A stretch of DNA of 64,000 bases from Kiritimatiellia bacterium (GTDB lineage: Bacteria; Verrucomicrobiota; Kiritimatiellia; RFP12; UBA1067), in assembly GCA_017525225.1 (NCBI GenBank), contig JAFXTB010000178.1, positions 9,660 through 73,659 on the forward strand, read 5' to 3'. A program made the translations under genes and the position numbers. Shown in pieces: positions 9,106-18,051 of the stretch. The notes under the pieces are model-generated. The model saw only the letters and a list, made by a program, of their open reading frames with translations. It searched no databases and was not told the DNA's origin. Position 1 is the stretch's first letter, and each line of letters starts with the position of its first letter.

Positions 9106-9147
9106 CCGTCAAGACCGAAAAACTGTTTTACAACCGAAAGGAATGAT

Positions 9148-10827
9148 ATGTTCAAGAAACTTGTCGACAAGCTGATAGGCTGCCTGCGAGGCAGCAGGCT
9201 AACCCGCGAGATCGTCATAAACGTCGAGCGGCTTGAGACGCGCGTCGCCGTGATGGAGAACGGGCGGCTCGAGGAGTACATGGTGGAGCATCCCGAGGAC
9301 GAGCGCCTCGTGGGATGCATCTTCAAGGGTAGGGTACAGAACCTGGAGGACGACCTTCAGGCCGCCTTCGTGGACATCGGCCTGAAGAAGAACGCCTTCC
9401 TGCACTACTGGGACATGACGCCCGACCAGGACGCCTTCCTGGACGAGGACGACGATGACGACGACGAGGAGGATACTCCCCAGAACAAGGGCGGCCGCCG
9501 CAAGGGCAAGGGGGCCAAGCGCCGCCGCCCCGAACGCCTCACCAACGAGCAGATTCACGAACGCTTCAAGCCCGGCACGGAAATCGTGGTGCAGGTGACG
9601 AAGGGCCCCATCTCCACGAAGGGACCGCGCGTGACCACGAACCTCTCGCTGGCCGGCCGCTACCTGGTGATGATGCCGGGCGCGAAGAACCGCGGCGTCT
9701 CGCGCAAGATCGGCGACGCGAAGGAGCGCGAACGCCTGCGCAGGATACTCGACCGTCTCATGCTGCCCGACGATGTGGGCATCATAGCGCGCACCGTCGG
9801 CATCGGCGCGAAGGGAAGCGCGTTCGCGCGCGACCTGCGCAACCTGCTCGAATCGTGGGGAGAACTCAAGGCCAACATCCGCAACCTGCGCACGCCATGC
9901 TGCGTCTACAAGGAACCCGGGCTGGTGGAGCGGGTGGTGCGTGAATGGCTCACCGAAGACGTAGAGAGCGTCACCATCGACGACGAGAAGACCTACGAGG
10001 ACATGCGCGAACTGACCGCCAAGATAGGCCGCCGCGCCAAGAACAAGCTGCGCCGCTACGACGCGGCGGCGAACGTGTTCGACCACATGGGCATCGAGCG
10101 TCAGCTGGAGGAGGCCTTCCGGCGGAAGGTTCCGCTCAAGGGCGGCGGATACCTCGTGATCGACGAGACCGAGGCGCTCATCGCCGTCGACGTGAACACC
10201 GGCCACCACAAGACCAAGGAGGGCAAGGAGGGCCGCAACAAGCAGGAGGAGTCGATCCTCGAGGTCAACCTAGAGGCCGTGGAGGAGGTCGCCCGCCAGC
10301 TGCGCCTGAGGAACATAGGCGGACTGGTGATCCTCGACCTCATCGACATGAAGAGCAGCAAGCACCAGAAGAAGGTGGTGCGCGCGCTCAAGGACGCTCT
10401 CAAGCGCGACCGCGCGCGCACGAACGTGCTGGACATCTCCAAGCTCGGGCTTCTGGAGATGAGCCGCCAGCGCGTTGAGGAGTCGATCCTCTCCAAGCTG
10501 TCCTCCACATGCCCGTGCTGCGACGGTCACGGCGTGGTGAAGTCGCCGCTGGCGATCTCCATCGAGCTGCAGCGCCAGCTCACCACGCTCCTGCGCCGCG
10601 CCAGCGAGGAGAACCGCCCGTTCGTGCCGAAGATCATCATCGCGCCGGCCGTGCTGCAGCGCCTCCGCACCGAGGATTCCAAGATACTCTCCGAGCTCCA
10701 GTCGCGCTTCAACACGAAGCTCACCTTCGTGGCCGAGCTGCACCGCCATCCGGAATTCTTCTCGATCCAGGACGCGGAGTCGGGAAATGTGCTATACTCT
10801 TCGGGCGGATCCCACCAGTTCCTCTAG
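9148..10827 (+). CDS. rng: Ribonuclease G / RNase E-family endoribonuclease
   Basis: S1 domain near the N-terminus (ETRVAVMENGRLEEYMVE...GCIFKGRVQNLEDDLQAAFVDIG) and the RNase E/G catalytic core (LVIDETEALIAVDVNTG). Contains an extra acidic/basic insert DEDDDDDDEEDTPQNKGGRRKGKGAKRRRPER. Confidence 0.85.
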   Translation: MFKKLVDKLIGCLRGSRLTREIVINVERLETRVAVMENGRLEEYMVEHPEDERLVGCIFKGRVQNLEDDLQAAFVDIGLKKNAFLHYWDMTPDQDAFLDEDDDDDDEEDTPQNKGGRRKGKGAKRRRPERLTNEQIHERFKPGTEIVVQVTKGPISTKGPRVTTNLSLAGRYLVMMPGAKNRGVSRKIGDAKERERLRRILDRLMLPDDVGIIARTVGIGAKGSAFARDLRNLLESWGELKANIRNLRTPCCVYKEPGLVERVVREWLTEDVESVTIDDEKTYEDMRELTAKIGRRAKNKLRRYDAAANVFDHMGIERQLEEAFRRKVPLKGGGYLVIDETEALIAVDVNTGHHKTKEGKEGRNKQEESILEVNLEAVEEVARQLRLRNIGGLVILDLIDMKSSKHQKKVVRALKDALKRDRARTNVLDISKLGLLEMSRQRVEESILSKLSSTCPCCDGHGVVKSPLAISIELQRQLTTLLRRASEENRPFVPKIIIAPAVLQRLRTEDSKILSELQSRFNTKLTFVAELHRHPEFFSIQDAESGNVLYSSGGSHQFL

Positions 10828-10841
10828 GAAAGGGCATACGA

Positions 10842-13142
10842 ATGAAAGCTACCAACCGTCTAGCCGCATACGCCATCTGCGTGATCGCGACCGTCGCCAC
10901 GGCCGCCCGCGCGCAGCTGCTTGAAGATCTGCGCCCCAAGGAGGCGCACAAGAATCCGAAGAAGGCATTCGGCTCCACCGTCGACATCAAGGCCGACTAC
11001 CTCGCGGCCAACAGGCAGACCGGCGAGCTGACGGCCACCGGCCACGTGTCGGCGACCTCGGGCGTGTACAAATTCCTCTCCGACAAGGCCAGCCGCGACG
11101 CTGCCGGCCTGCACGACTTCGGCCAGGACACCCTCTTCACCACGTGCACAAACGAGCTGTGCAACCTGCACTGGCACCTGAAGGGGCACTTCCAGTACCA
11201 GGATGCCACGCTCAAGCAGCACCCGGAGGCCGCCGCCAGGCGCTCCACCACCAACGACGTGCCGCTGGCGGCGTACGACAACGAGGCCATCTTCGTGCGC
11301 GACGCATGGCTGTACTGGTCCGAGATCCCCGTGATGTGGGTGCCCTTCTGGTACTACCCGCTCAACACCAACTACGGCTGGCGCTTCCGGCCCGGATACA
11401 AGTCGCGCTGGGGCGGATACTTCCTCTCGGGATACGTGTACAACATCGTCAACGAGGGCAACCCCGACATGTTCCAGCTCGGAGGCTCCTCCTACCTCGA
11501 CTACCGCACCAAGAACGGATTCGCCGTAGGCCAGACCATCCGCTGGGGCCTCAAGGACCTCGGCACGGGCAAGATCAAGGTGTTCAACGCGTGGGACAAC
11601 GACTACGACCGCTACAACCACCACTGGAGCGACCACCACTACAACTACCAGCACTGGGGCAGCGAGGTCGAGCGCCAGCGCTACCGCGTGCTGCTGGAGC
11701 ACGAGGCCGACTTCACCGAGCGCGACATGCTGCGCCTGCGGGCGCAGTACCTGTCGGACTCGCACCTGCTGCACGACTTCTTCGACCGCCACGAGCGCGG
11801 CGAGTCGATACCCGCCAACGAGGCATGGTACGAGCACCGCGAGAACGACTGGGCGGCGGGATCCTCCATCTCCGGTCCGATCAACCGCTTCTATGGCGGC
11901 ACGGCCCGCCTTCCGGAAGGCTGGCTCGCGGTAGAGCCGCAGCCGGTATTCTCGCTGCCGGTCAACTATGAGTCCCAGACGCGTGCAGGATACCTCAACC
12001 GCCAGTTCGCCGAGTACGGCACGTCAGACGCCATGTACCGCTACGCCCCGTACATCGGATACAACGGCCGCGGCGCAGACTACCAGGCGTTCCGCGCCGA
12101 CTCCCAGCACCGGCTCACGCTGCCGTTCAAGGTGGCCGACACGCTCTCCTTCGTGCCGCGCGCCGGATACCGCGTCACGTACTGGAGCGATTCGGGCGAC
12201 AGGGAGTCCGGCTACACCACGGCCGCCGAGGACGCCGTGGCGCGCCATATCGCGGAGATCGGCTTCACCTCCTCCGCACGGGGATCGTCGTGGCTGACCG
12301 ACGACTGGCGCCACACCGTGGAGCCGTACCTGGACTACTCCCTCCAGCGCGTGAACCTCTCGTCGGGCGCAAAGAACCGCTACTACATGTTCGACAGCTA
12401 CGACCGCTCCATGGACTGGCTTGACCAGTTCGGCTTCGAGGGCCGCGGACTGCCCTACAACTGGCACGGCATCCGCCCCGGCATCCGCAACTACTTCCAA
12501 CACCGCGACGAACGCGGCGTGGTGCGCACCATCCTCGATACCGACCTCTATCTCGCCGTGCCGTTCGAGGACGGAAGCTTCTGGAAGAGCGGCACGCTGC
12601 GCGGATATCCCAAGGACGACGAGGACGGCAACTATCCAACCGACTGCGTGGTGCCGGGCTTCCGCACGCGCTTCAGCCCGTACCGCAACGTCTCCTTCAC
12701 CTCGCGAGTGGAATACGATACCGACAGCAAGAAGGTCGCGTATGCGGACGTCTCGTTCCGGCACCGCCTCTCGGAGAGCTTCTCGTACTACCTCAGCTAC
12801 GCCGGCCGCGACCACCGCGTCTGGGAATACCTCAACAGCGAATACGACCGCTGGAACTACGAGCTGGCCAACATCCTGATGCTGGGCTTCCAGCACTCGG
12901 TGTGCGACTGGTTCGCATGGAGCCCCTTCATCCGCCACGACTGCCGCCGCAGCGAGGTGGAGGAGGTCGGCGCATGGTTCGACTTCCTGACGGACTGCCT
13001 GGGCTACCGCATCGAGTTCGACTACGAGGAATCCTATACCCGCGTGGACGGCTCCAAGCGCGACTCCGACCTGGAGGTCAGCTTCCAGATATATCTGCGC
13101 GCGCTCGGCCCAAGCTCGCTTCTGGATCTCGGGAAATTCTAG
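10842..13142 (+). CDS. lptD: LPS-assembly outer-membrane protein LptD-like (OstA N-terminal domain + beta-barrel)
   Basis: Signal peptide MKATNRLAAYAICVIATVATAARA. An OstA-like N-domain (IKADYLAANRQTGELTATGHV). A large aromatic-rich C-terminal region typical of a beta-barrel (WVPFWYYPL..., many Y/W/F alternations). Start at ATG 10842, not the ORF-track 10509. Confidence 0.65.
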   Translation: MKATNRLAAYAICVIATVATAARAQLLEDLRPKEAHKNPKKAFGSTVDIKADYLAANRQTGELTATGHVSATSGVYKFLSDKASRDAAGLHDFGQDTLFTTCTNELCNLHWHLKGHFQYQDATLKQHPEAAARRSTTNDVPLAAYDNEAIFVRDAWLYWSEIPVMWVPFWYYPLNTNYGWRFRPGYKSRWGGYFLSGYVYNIVNEGNPDMFQLGGSSYLDYRTKNGFAVGQTIRWGLKDLGTGKIKVFNAWDNDYDRYNHHWSDHHYNYQHWGSEVERQRYRVLLEHEADFTERDMLRLRAQYLSDSHLLHDFFDRHERGESIPANEAWYEHRENDWAAGSSISGPINRFYGGTARLPEGWLAVEPQPVFSLPVNYESQTRAGYLNRQFAEYGTSDAMYRYAPYIGYNGRGADYQAFRADSQHRLTLPFKVADTLSFVPRAGYRVTYWSDSGDRESGYTTAAEDAVARHIAEIGFTSSARGSSWLTDDWRHTVEPYLDYSLQRVNLSSGAKNRYYMFDSYDRSMDWLDQFGFEGRGLPYNWHGIRPGIRNYFQHRDERGVVRTILDTDLYLAVPFEDGSFWKSGTLRGYPKDDEDGNYPTDCVVPGFRTRFSPYRNVSFTSRVEYDTDSKKVAYADVSFRHRLSESFSYYLSYAGRDHRVWEYLNSEYDRWNYELANILMLGFQHSVCDWFAWSPFIRHDCRRSEVEEVGAWFDFLTDCLGYRIEFDYEESYTRVDGSKRDSDLEVSFQIYLRALGPSSLLDLGKF

Positions 13143-13848
13143 ACGTCCGCCAGGCGATCCGCACCAGGTCTAACAGCATCCGCGGCGCGTCGCGCATGAC
13201 GCGCAGCGACGATCGTCTGCCGCCGTGCCACTCCACCGGCACCTCCACCACCCTGCCGCCCGCAAGACGGACGAGCGCTATCAGCTCCACGTCGAACGCG
13301 AAGCGGTCGACCACCATGCGGGAGAGGACGGCGCGCATCCGTGCCATGCGCATGAGCTTGAAGCCGCACTGCGTATCGGCCATCCCCGCCACGCCCGCAA
13401 GGCGCACCAGCGCGTTGAAGAGGCGCGAGAGGACGCGACGATGCCATGGAAGCGCCAAGGGGCCCTGCCCCGCCTGCACGTACCTGCTGCCGCATGCCAG
13501 CCACACATCGTCCGCAAGCCCCTCCATGAGCCGCACCACCTCCGTGAGCGGCGCCGATTCGTCCACATCGCTCATCAGCGCAAAATCGCCTTTCGCCTCG
13601 AGCGCGGCCATCCGTACGGCATGCCCCTTGCCGCGGTTGACCTCGCTCCGCAGCACGCGCACCGGCACGTCCCCCGCGTACGGCGGCAGTTGCAGGGTGC
13701 TGGGCGATCCATCGTCGGAGAAGATCGCCTCCACAAGCTCCAGCCCCGCAGCTGCGGCGGCATCCTTCAGCGAAGGCACATGCGCCAGCAAGGCTCGCGC
13801 AAGGTCATGCGATCCGTACACCGGGACTATCAAGGAAAGGGTCGGCAT
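13078..13848 (-). CDS. GT2-family glycosyltransferase (dolichyl-phosphate-sugar synthase-like)
   Basis: LSLIVPVYGSHD...SDDGSPST...SDVDES(DxD-like)...GFKLMRMA pattern typical of GT2 GT-A fold. 3' end overlaps the convergent lptD by about 65 nt. Confidence 0.65.
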   Translation of the reverse strand: MPTLSLIVPVYGSHDLARALLAHVPSLKDAAAAAGLELVEAIFSDDGSPSTLQLPPYAGDVPVRVLRSEVNRGKGHAVRMAALEAKGDFALMSDVDESAPLTEVVRLMEGLADDVWLACGSRYVQAGQGPLALPWHRRVLSRLFNALVRLAGVAGMADTQCGFKLMRMARMRAVLSRMVVDRFAFDVELIALVRLAGGRVVEVPVEWHGGRRSSLRVMRDAPRMLLDLVRIAWRTSRISRDPEASLGRARADISGS

Positions 13849-13879
13849 ATCTTGTAGGCGTAGTGGACCATCATCGTGG

Positions 13880-14293
13880 TCATGCCGAAAAGAACCTCTG
13901 GCCGGCGCCTAGCTCGCGGAAGGCCTCCGGCAGCAGGTCACCGAGATTGGACAGGTCGCGCCACTCGAATTCGATCCAGTCTTCACGAGCGGCGATCTCG
14001 GCATCCGGCGGCAGCGCCAGCTCGTAGACGAGGTTTATCTCCGCATGCGGACTGCCGTGCTGCAGGAATGAATTCTCCACGACACCCATGAACTTACCCG
14101 CATGCGAATCCAGCCCGAGTTCCTCCTTCACCTCGCGGACAAGCGCCTGCCGACCCGTCTCGCCGAACTCGATGTGTCCGCCGGGAAGGTAGGTGGTGGC
14201 GCCGCCCTTGGCGCGGCAAAGGAGCAGCCTGCCATCGCGGATGCATACGCCGCGCGCGATCGTCTCTATTCCTGACAGTTCGTATTCGTTCAT
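13880..14293 (-). CDS. NUDIX hydrolase
   Basis: Perfect Nudix box GGHIEFGETGRQALVREVKEELGL (Gx5Ex7REUxEExGU). Start taken at MNEYELS (ATG 14293). Confidence 0.8.
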   Translation of the reverse strand: MNEYELSGIETIARGVCIRDGRLLLCRAKGGATTYLPGGHIEFGETGRQALVREVKEELGLDSHAGKFMGVVENSFLQHGSPHAEINLVYELALPPDAEIAAREDWIEFEWRDLSNLGDLLPEAFRELGAGQRFFSA

Positions 14294-14404
14294 GGCGGCA
14301 TTATAGCAAACCGCGCCCCCGTTTGGCAACCGCCCGCATCATGGCAAAGTTGTAAGTTGTAAGTGAAAAGAACCTAGCATACTTATGATCGGATCTGTCA
14401 GATA

Positions 14405-14905
14405 CTACGGGAATCGCTTATCGCTTGTGCTACCATAATCCACGATCCACCGCTGTTGCCCCTTAAACAAAAGCCAAAGGGCAGGGATTACCAGCACGAG
14501 ATCACGAACCAGCGCCACCAGCACAGTATCGCCCTCGCCTTCTGCCTCCTTGAAACACCCGCAGGAGATATCCAGACCCCGTATCTGCGCCTGGGCAAGC
14601 GCGACAATAAACATCAAAAGCATCACCAAAGTGGCAAAGGCGGCTTCCCGAGTCCATTTTGTACATATAAACAATAAGCCGGTAAGCAACTCGACCATGG
14701 GCATCACAAGCGCAAAGATTCCCGTTAGGCACGGCGGCAACATGCCATAATTGGCGACAATCGTCTGGAAGGCGCCGGGGTCCGCGATCTTCCCCCACGC
14801 CGAATAGAGGAACATCGCACCCAGCCCCAGACGCAGGCAGGTGTCGATGCAAACGCTTGCAAGCCGTTTCACGGTACGCGGACCTTCCATTTCACTCCAC
14901 CTCAC
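14405..14905 (-). CDS. MauE/DoxX-family membrane protein (conserved CGCF cysteine pair)
   Basis: Four hydrophobic helices and the MauE-type motif ISCGCFKE. Overlaps the upstream thioredoxin-fold gene by 14 nt. Confidence 0.6.
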   Translation of the reverse strand: MRWSEMEGPRTVKRLASVCIDTCLRLGLGAMFLYSAWGKIADPGAFQTIVANYGMLPPCLTGIFALVMPMVELLTGLLFICTKWTREAAFATLVMLLMFIVALAQAQIRGLDISCGCFKEAEGEGDTVLVALVRDLVLVIPALWLLFKGQQRWIVDYGSTSDKRFP

Positions 14906-16088
14906 CTACTTCAGACTCCGCATCGTCATCGTCGTCTTTCGACAGATGCGGATTGGGAACGACACGGACCGTGAACGAACCAGTAGCCGGCGGCAGTTTG
15001 TCCGACGCTCCTCTCGCGGCCACGGACACCCTCCATACACCGGTCGTCATTGGCGTACCTACGATTATCCCGCGTGTCGGAGAGTTGAGTTCCATCCCAC
15101 GCGGCAAACCCTCGCAACTGAATGTTACGGGGTAGGCTTCCGTATTTACCCGCAATGCAAGTTTCTCGCTGTTCCATATCGTCCATTCTACATCCTTCTC
15201 CGGCAGCTTGAGCACAGGCGCCGCACAATCCTCAATGCGGCGGAATACGGCGGCATACCGCCCTTCAGGGTAATGTGAGGCGACCGCCAGCGGATTCATT
15301 CCGTATGCCATCCGCCCATCGGGATACCGCCAACCGACCAGGACCGATCCGGGTTTAGGGGTCGCGTAAAGCCGCACAGCCTTCCCTTCCTTGACAAAAC
15401 GCACATCCGGCGTCATCTTGACCGTTCCCTTTGCGGCCCCCAGATATTCAGCGCCAACAGAAACAGAGAGTTTCGCGGCCTTGACGATCGAAGCGGCCGT
15501 GACGTTCCCTTCAAGCCCTGGCGCACCCTGCACGGAACTCTCCACCGCTCGCATCCATTCAAGCGCCAGCAGCTTTTCCTTGCGTACCCCCATCAGGCCG
15601 TGACGCCCAGGGAAGTTCCGCATTGCCATGGTGCCGTCTTCACGCGTCCAGTACACCCCGACATACGGCACAAGCTCGTTGGCATTGGGCGTAGTCTTCG
15701 CAAGATCGACCGCTTCCTTGCATTCCGACTGCTCCACCATAACGAAATACCAGTTCCGTTTCCGCATCCAGTCCTTCACGGCAACCCCCTTCAGAGCCTG
15801 CTTCAGGCGTACACATAACGTACAGCCCTTCCGAGTCACTACCACCACCACCGGTATATGCGCGGACTCGGCCGCATTGGTGGCCGCGACGAAATTCGAC
15901 GTCCAATCCCCTCGTTGCGCGACGGAACTCTCCTTGGCGTCGGACTGCGCCCGCGCGCCCGACCACGAGACGCGCATGTCCTCGGGGACACGCACGTTGT
16001 TCACGAGGCCAATCGCCACGGACAAGACCGGCAGCGCAATCAACACGCGCCAATCAAGCCCCCACACTCTATACCTTGTCGTCTTCAT
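14892..16088 (-). CDS. Membrane-anchored thioredoxin-fold protein (CxxC) with C-terminal Ig-like domain and acidic tail
   Basis: N-terminal anchor MKTTRYRVWGLDWRVLIALPVLSVAIGLV. The segment VVVVVTRKGCTLCVRLKQAL has a CxxC after a beta-strand, as in thioredoxin-like folds. C-terminal region GLPRGMELNSPTRGIIVGTPMTTGVWRVSVAARG resembles a putative Ig domain. Tail DDDDDAESEVGEVE. Confidence 0.5.
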   Translation of the reverse strand: MKTTRYRVWGLDWRVLIALPVLSVAIGLVNNVRVPEDMRVSWSGARAQSDAKESSVAQRGDWTSNFVAATNAAESAHIPVVVVVTRKGCTLCVRLKQALKGVAVKDWMRKRNWYFVMVEQSECKEAVDLAKTTPNANELVPYVGVYWTREDGTMAMRNFPGRHGLMGVRKEKLLALEWMRAVESSVQGAPGLEGNVTAASIVKAAKLSVSVGAEYLGAAKGTVKMTPDVRFVKEGKAVRLYATPKPGSVLVGWRYPDGRMAYGMNPLAVASHYPEGRYAAVFRRIEDCAAPVLKLPEKDVEWTIWNSEKLALRVNTEAYPVTFSCEGLPRGMELNSPTRGIIVGTPMTTGVWRVSVAARGASDKLPPATGSFTVRVVPNPHLSKDDDDDAESEVGEVE

Positions 16089-16135
16089 CCAGGTGTCATG
16101 AATTTCGCATATTCTAGCACCTCAGACCCCTTTCG

Positions 16136-16924
16136 TCAACCGGCGGCAATTTTCCGTGCGAACTTTCGCCTCAGGAACGCAACGATCTTGCGCGGCCAGC
16201 GCTGGGATTCGAGATGGCGAACCGTCAGCTCCGCGAACGTGAGCCCCTTGGTGCGCACATAGACGTCGAGCAGGCGTTCCGCGACGAAGCCGAAGACGCG
16301 CTTGTCGTATTCGGAATACGACGACACGTCGAGGCGGCGCTCAAGCTCCGAAAGGATGTCGAACAGCCAGGTGCAGTAGCCGTCGAAGACCGGCCGCTTC
16401 ATGACCATCATGTTGAAACGGTGGCCGCTTGTCGACTTCATCACGGCGTCGAAAGCCGCCAGGCAGTCGGGGTGGCGCTCGGCAAGAATCGTGCGCGTCT
16501 CGTCGAGGTCGGCGGCATGGTGCGCATGGACGTACTGCGAATACGTCGTTTCGATGAAATAGTTCCTTTTCTTCGGCAGGAGGACGTTGACCGAAGCGAG
16601 CGCGGCGCACAGTTCCGCGCCGCTCGCCACGCCACGGCGTCCCTTGAAATGGCGGCGATAGTGCACGAGGCCGATGGCCTCGGCGCCCTTCAGGTTCTTC
16701 CATGCCCAGTAGAGCGCCGTAAGCTCGCACCAGCCCTTGTTCTTCGCGCTGATGTTCTCCCCTCCGTCGTCGCGCGCGAAGCCGGGCGGAACCGCCGCAA
16801 CGCCCGAAAGCGCCGCGCCGACAAAGACAGGGAGGTATACCGCGTCCGCAGGCATCGCATACGCCTTGTGGGTCGCGACGACGACTTGCAGATGCTTGTA
16901 GGCGTCAAATGTCGAAAGTCCCAT
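16136..16924 (-). CDS. DUF4422-like putative polysaccharide-biosynthesis glycosyltransferase
   Basis: 262 aa. The motif ELTALYWAWKN...IGLVHYRRHF matches my recollection of the DUF4422 family found in LPS/EPS loci. Not verified by search. Confidence 0.45.
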   Translation of the reverse strand: MGLSTFDAYKHLQVVVATHKAYAMPADAVYLPVFVGAALSGVAAVPPGFARDDGGENISAKNKGWCELTALYWAWKNLKGAEAIGLVHYRRHFKGRRGVASGAELCAALASVNVLLPKKRNYFIETTYSQYVHAHHAADLDETRTILAERHPDCLAAFDAVMKSTSGHRFNMMVMKRPVFDGYCTWLFDILSELERRLDVSSYSEYDKRVFGFVAERLLDVYVRTKGLTFAELTVRHLESQRWPRKIVAFLRRKFARKIAAG

Positions 16925-17110
16925 TCAGCCCTCCCGCCATGAGGCCAACAACCGCTCGTAAACCTCAGCCAATCCGACGCGCGGACGCCACTCGGGCGCG
17001 TCAAGCTTTGCCGTGGCAATGGGCAGGGCTACAACTGCGGGCGCTAGATGGTTGGTTCTCATAACACAATGGCATGTCACGGTTCAAACGGCGAACTCCG
17101 TTTAATTAGT

Positions 17111-18043
17111 TTACCCTGAAAGACCAACCATCTCCACCACTTCGGAACGGTTGCGGCGAATACCTTGCTTATAGTCGCTCCATGCCAGTTTACGGTAGGC
17201 GTTCCCCGCGCGCATTCGACCCGTGATGCTTGCATAAACGCTCTTGGCCAGATTCTTCGCCCGCGCCATGAGCAAGTGGAACCAACCATACTTTGCAGCG
17301 AGCCAGTACTGGTTGCGCGCGTCAAAGTAGCATATCCACGCTCCGGCCTTCGCCGGATTGAACTCTGGATGTTCCACGGTGGAGGTCGTGGTGGCGTAGT
17401 TGTGCCACCCCATACGCGTCACGCGCGTTCCCCACTCGACGTCATCAAAGTGAATGAACACATCCTCCCAGAATCCACATTCCCGAATAGCTTTCTTTCT
17501 GACAAGAAGCGAACATGCCGCAGCAAAATCCACGCGAAAGGTTCTTTTGCCCACATCCGCGAGGCGACTCCCCCTAAGACGCGAGAAGGCGTGTCCAAAG
17601 ATTGGCCAGAAAGTCGCCCCGCATTCAACTATCAAGCCGTTCGCCTGCGGCTTTAAGACCGCCGATCCCACACTGGCCGTATTCGGGTCGCTGGACACAA
17701 GCGCGTCCATGGTTTCCAGTAGACCAGGCAGCGTATCGACGTTTGGTTTCGCATCGTCGTCAAGCAGCCATATACAGTCAGTATCCACATGCTCCCGCAT
17801 AGCGTATTCAACGCCTGCAATGTAGGCGGCGCTACCTCCGCGGTTCTCATCCATGCGGATAACGTGGCAACGCGGTCCCTCCAGCGAACGCAGCCGCGCA
17901 GACAGCACATCTGCGTTTCCATTGTCCACCACGACCAGACGCGCCGTCACGCCGCGCGCGTCCAGCACACCTGGCACGATTCCGAACACATCGTCCCGCG
18001 CATACACCGGAATTACAACCGAGCAGGCGTTCGCTCTTTCCAT
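17111..18043 (-). CDS. GT2-family glycosyltransferase
   Basis: Start MERANACSVVIPVYARDD (ATG 18043). Motifs VVVDNGNAD and WLLDDDAKP (DxD) are present. Confidence 0.7.
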   Translation of the reverse strand: MERANACSVVIPVYARDDVFGIVPGVLDARGVTARLVVVDNGNADVLSARLRSLEGPRCHVIRMDENRGGSAAYIAGVEYAMREHVDTDCIWLLDDDAKPNVDTLPGLLETMDALVSSDPNTASVGSAVLKPQANGLIVECGATFWPIFGHAFSRLRGSRLADVGKRTFRVDFAAACSLLVRKKAIRECGFWEDVFIHFDDVEWGTRVTRMGWHNYATTTSTVEHPEFNPAKAGAWICYFDARNQYWLAAKYGWFHLLMARAKNLAKSVYASITGRMRAGNAYRKLAWSDYKQGIRRNRSEVVEMVGLSG

Positions 18044-18051
18044 GTCACCCC

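Noticed and set aside
7759-9146. Upstream extension of rodA to 7759 and a 428-aa alternate-frame ORF 7860-9146
   Set aside because: The extension overlaps the PBP2 3' end and is Arg-rich. The MIRYLL start with ATGA coupling is the conserved RodA start. The alternate frame is Arg/Gly/Ala-rich.
10860-12938. Minus-strand ORFs 10860-11837 (325 aa) and 12024-12938 (304 aa) and plus ORF 11144-11971 inside lptD
   Set aside because: Val/Ala/Gly/Arg homopolymer-like translations. lptD has a signal peptide, OstA-like domain and beta-barrel-like C-terminus.
16925-17110. tRNA-like GGTTCAAAC motif in the 186-bp intergenic region
   Set aside because: No complementary T-stem, acceptor stem or anticodon arm could be assembled around it on either strand.
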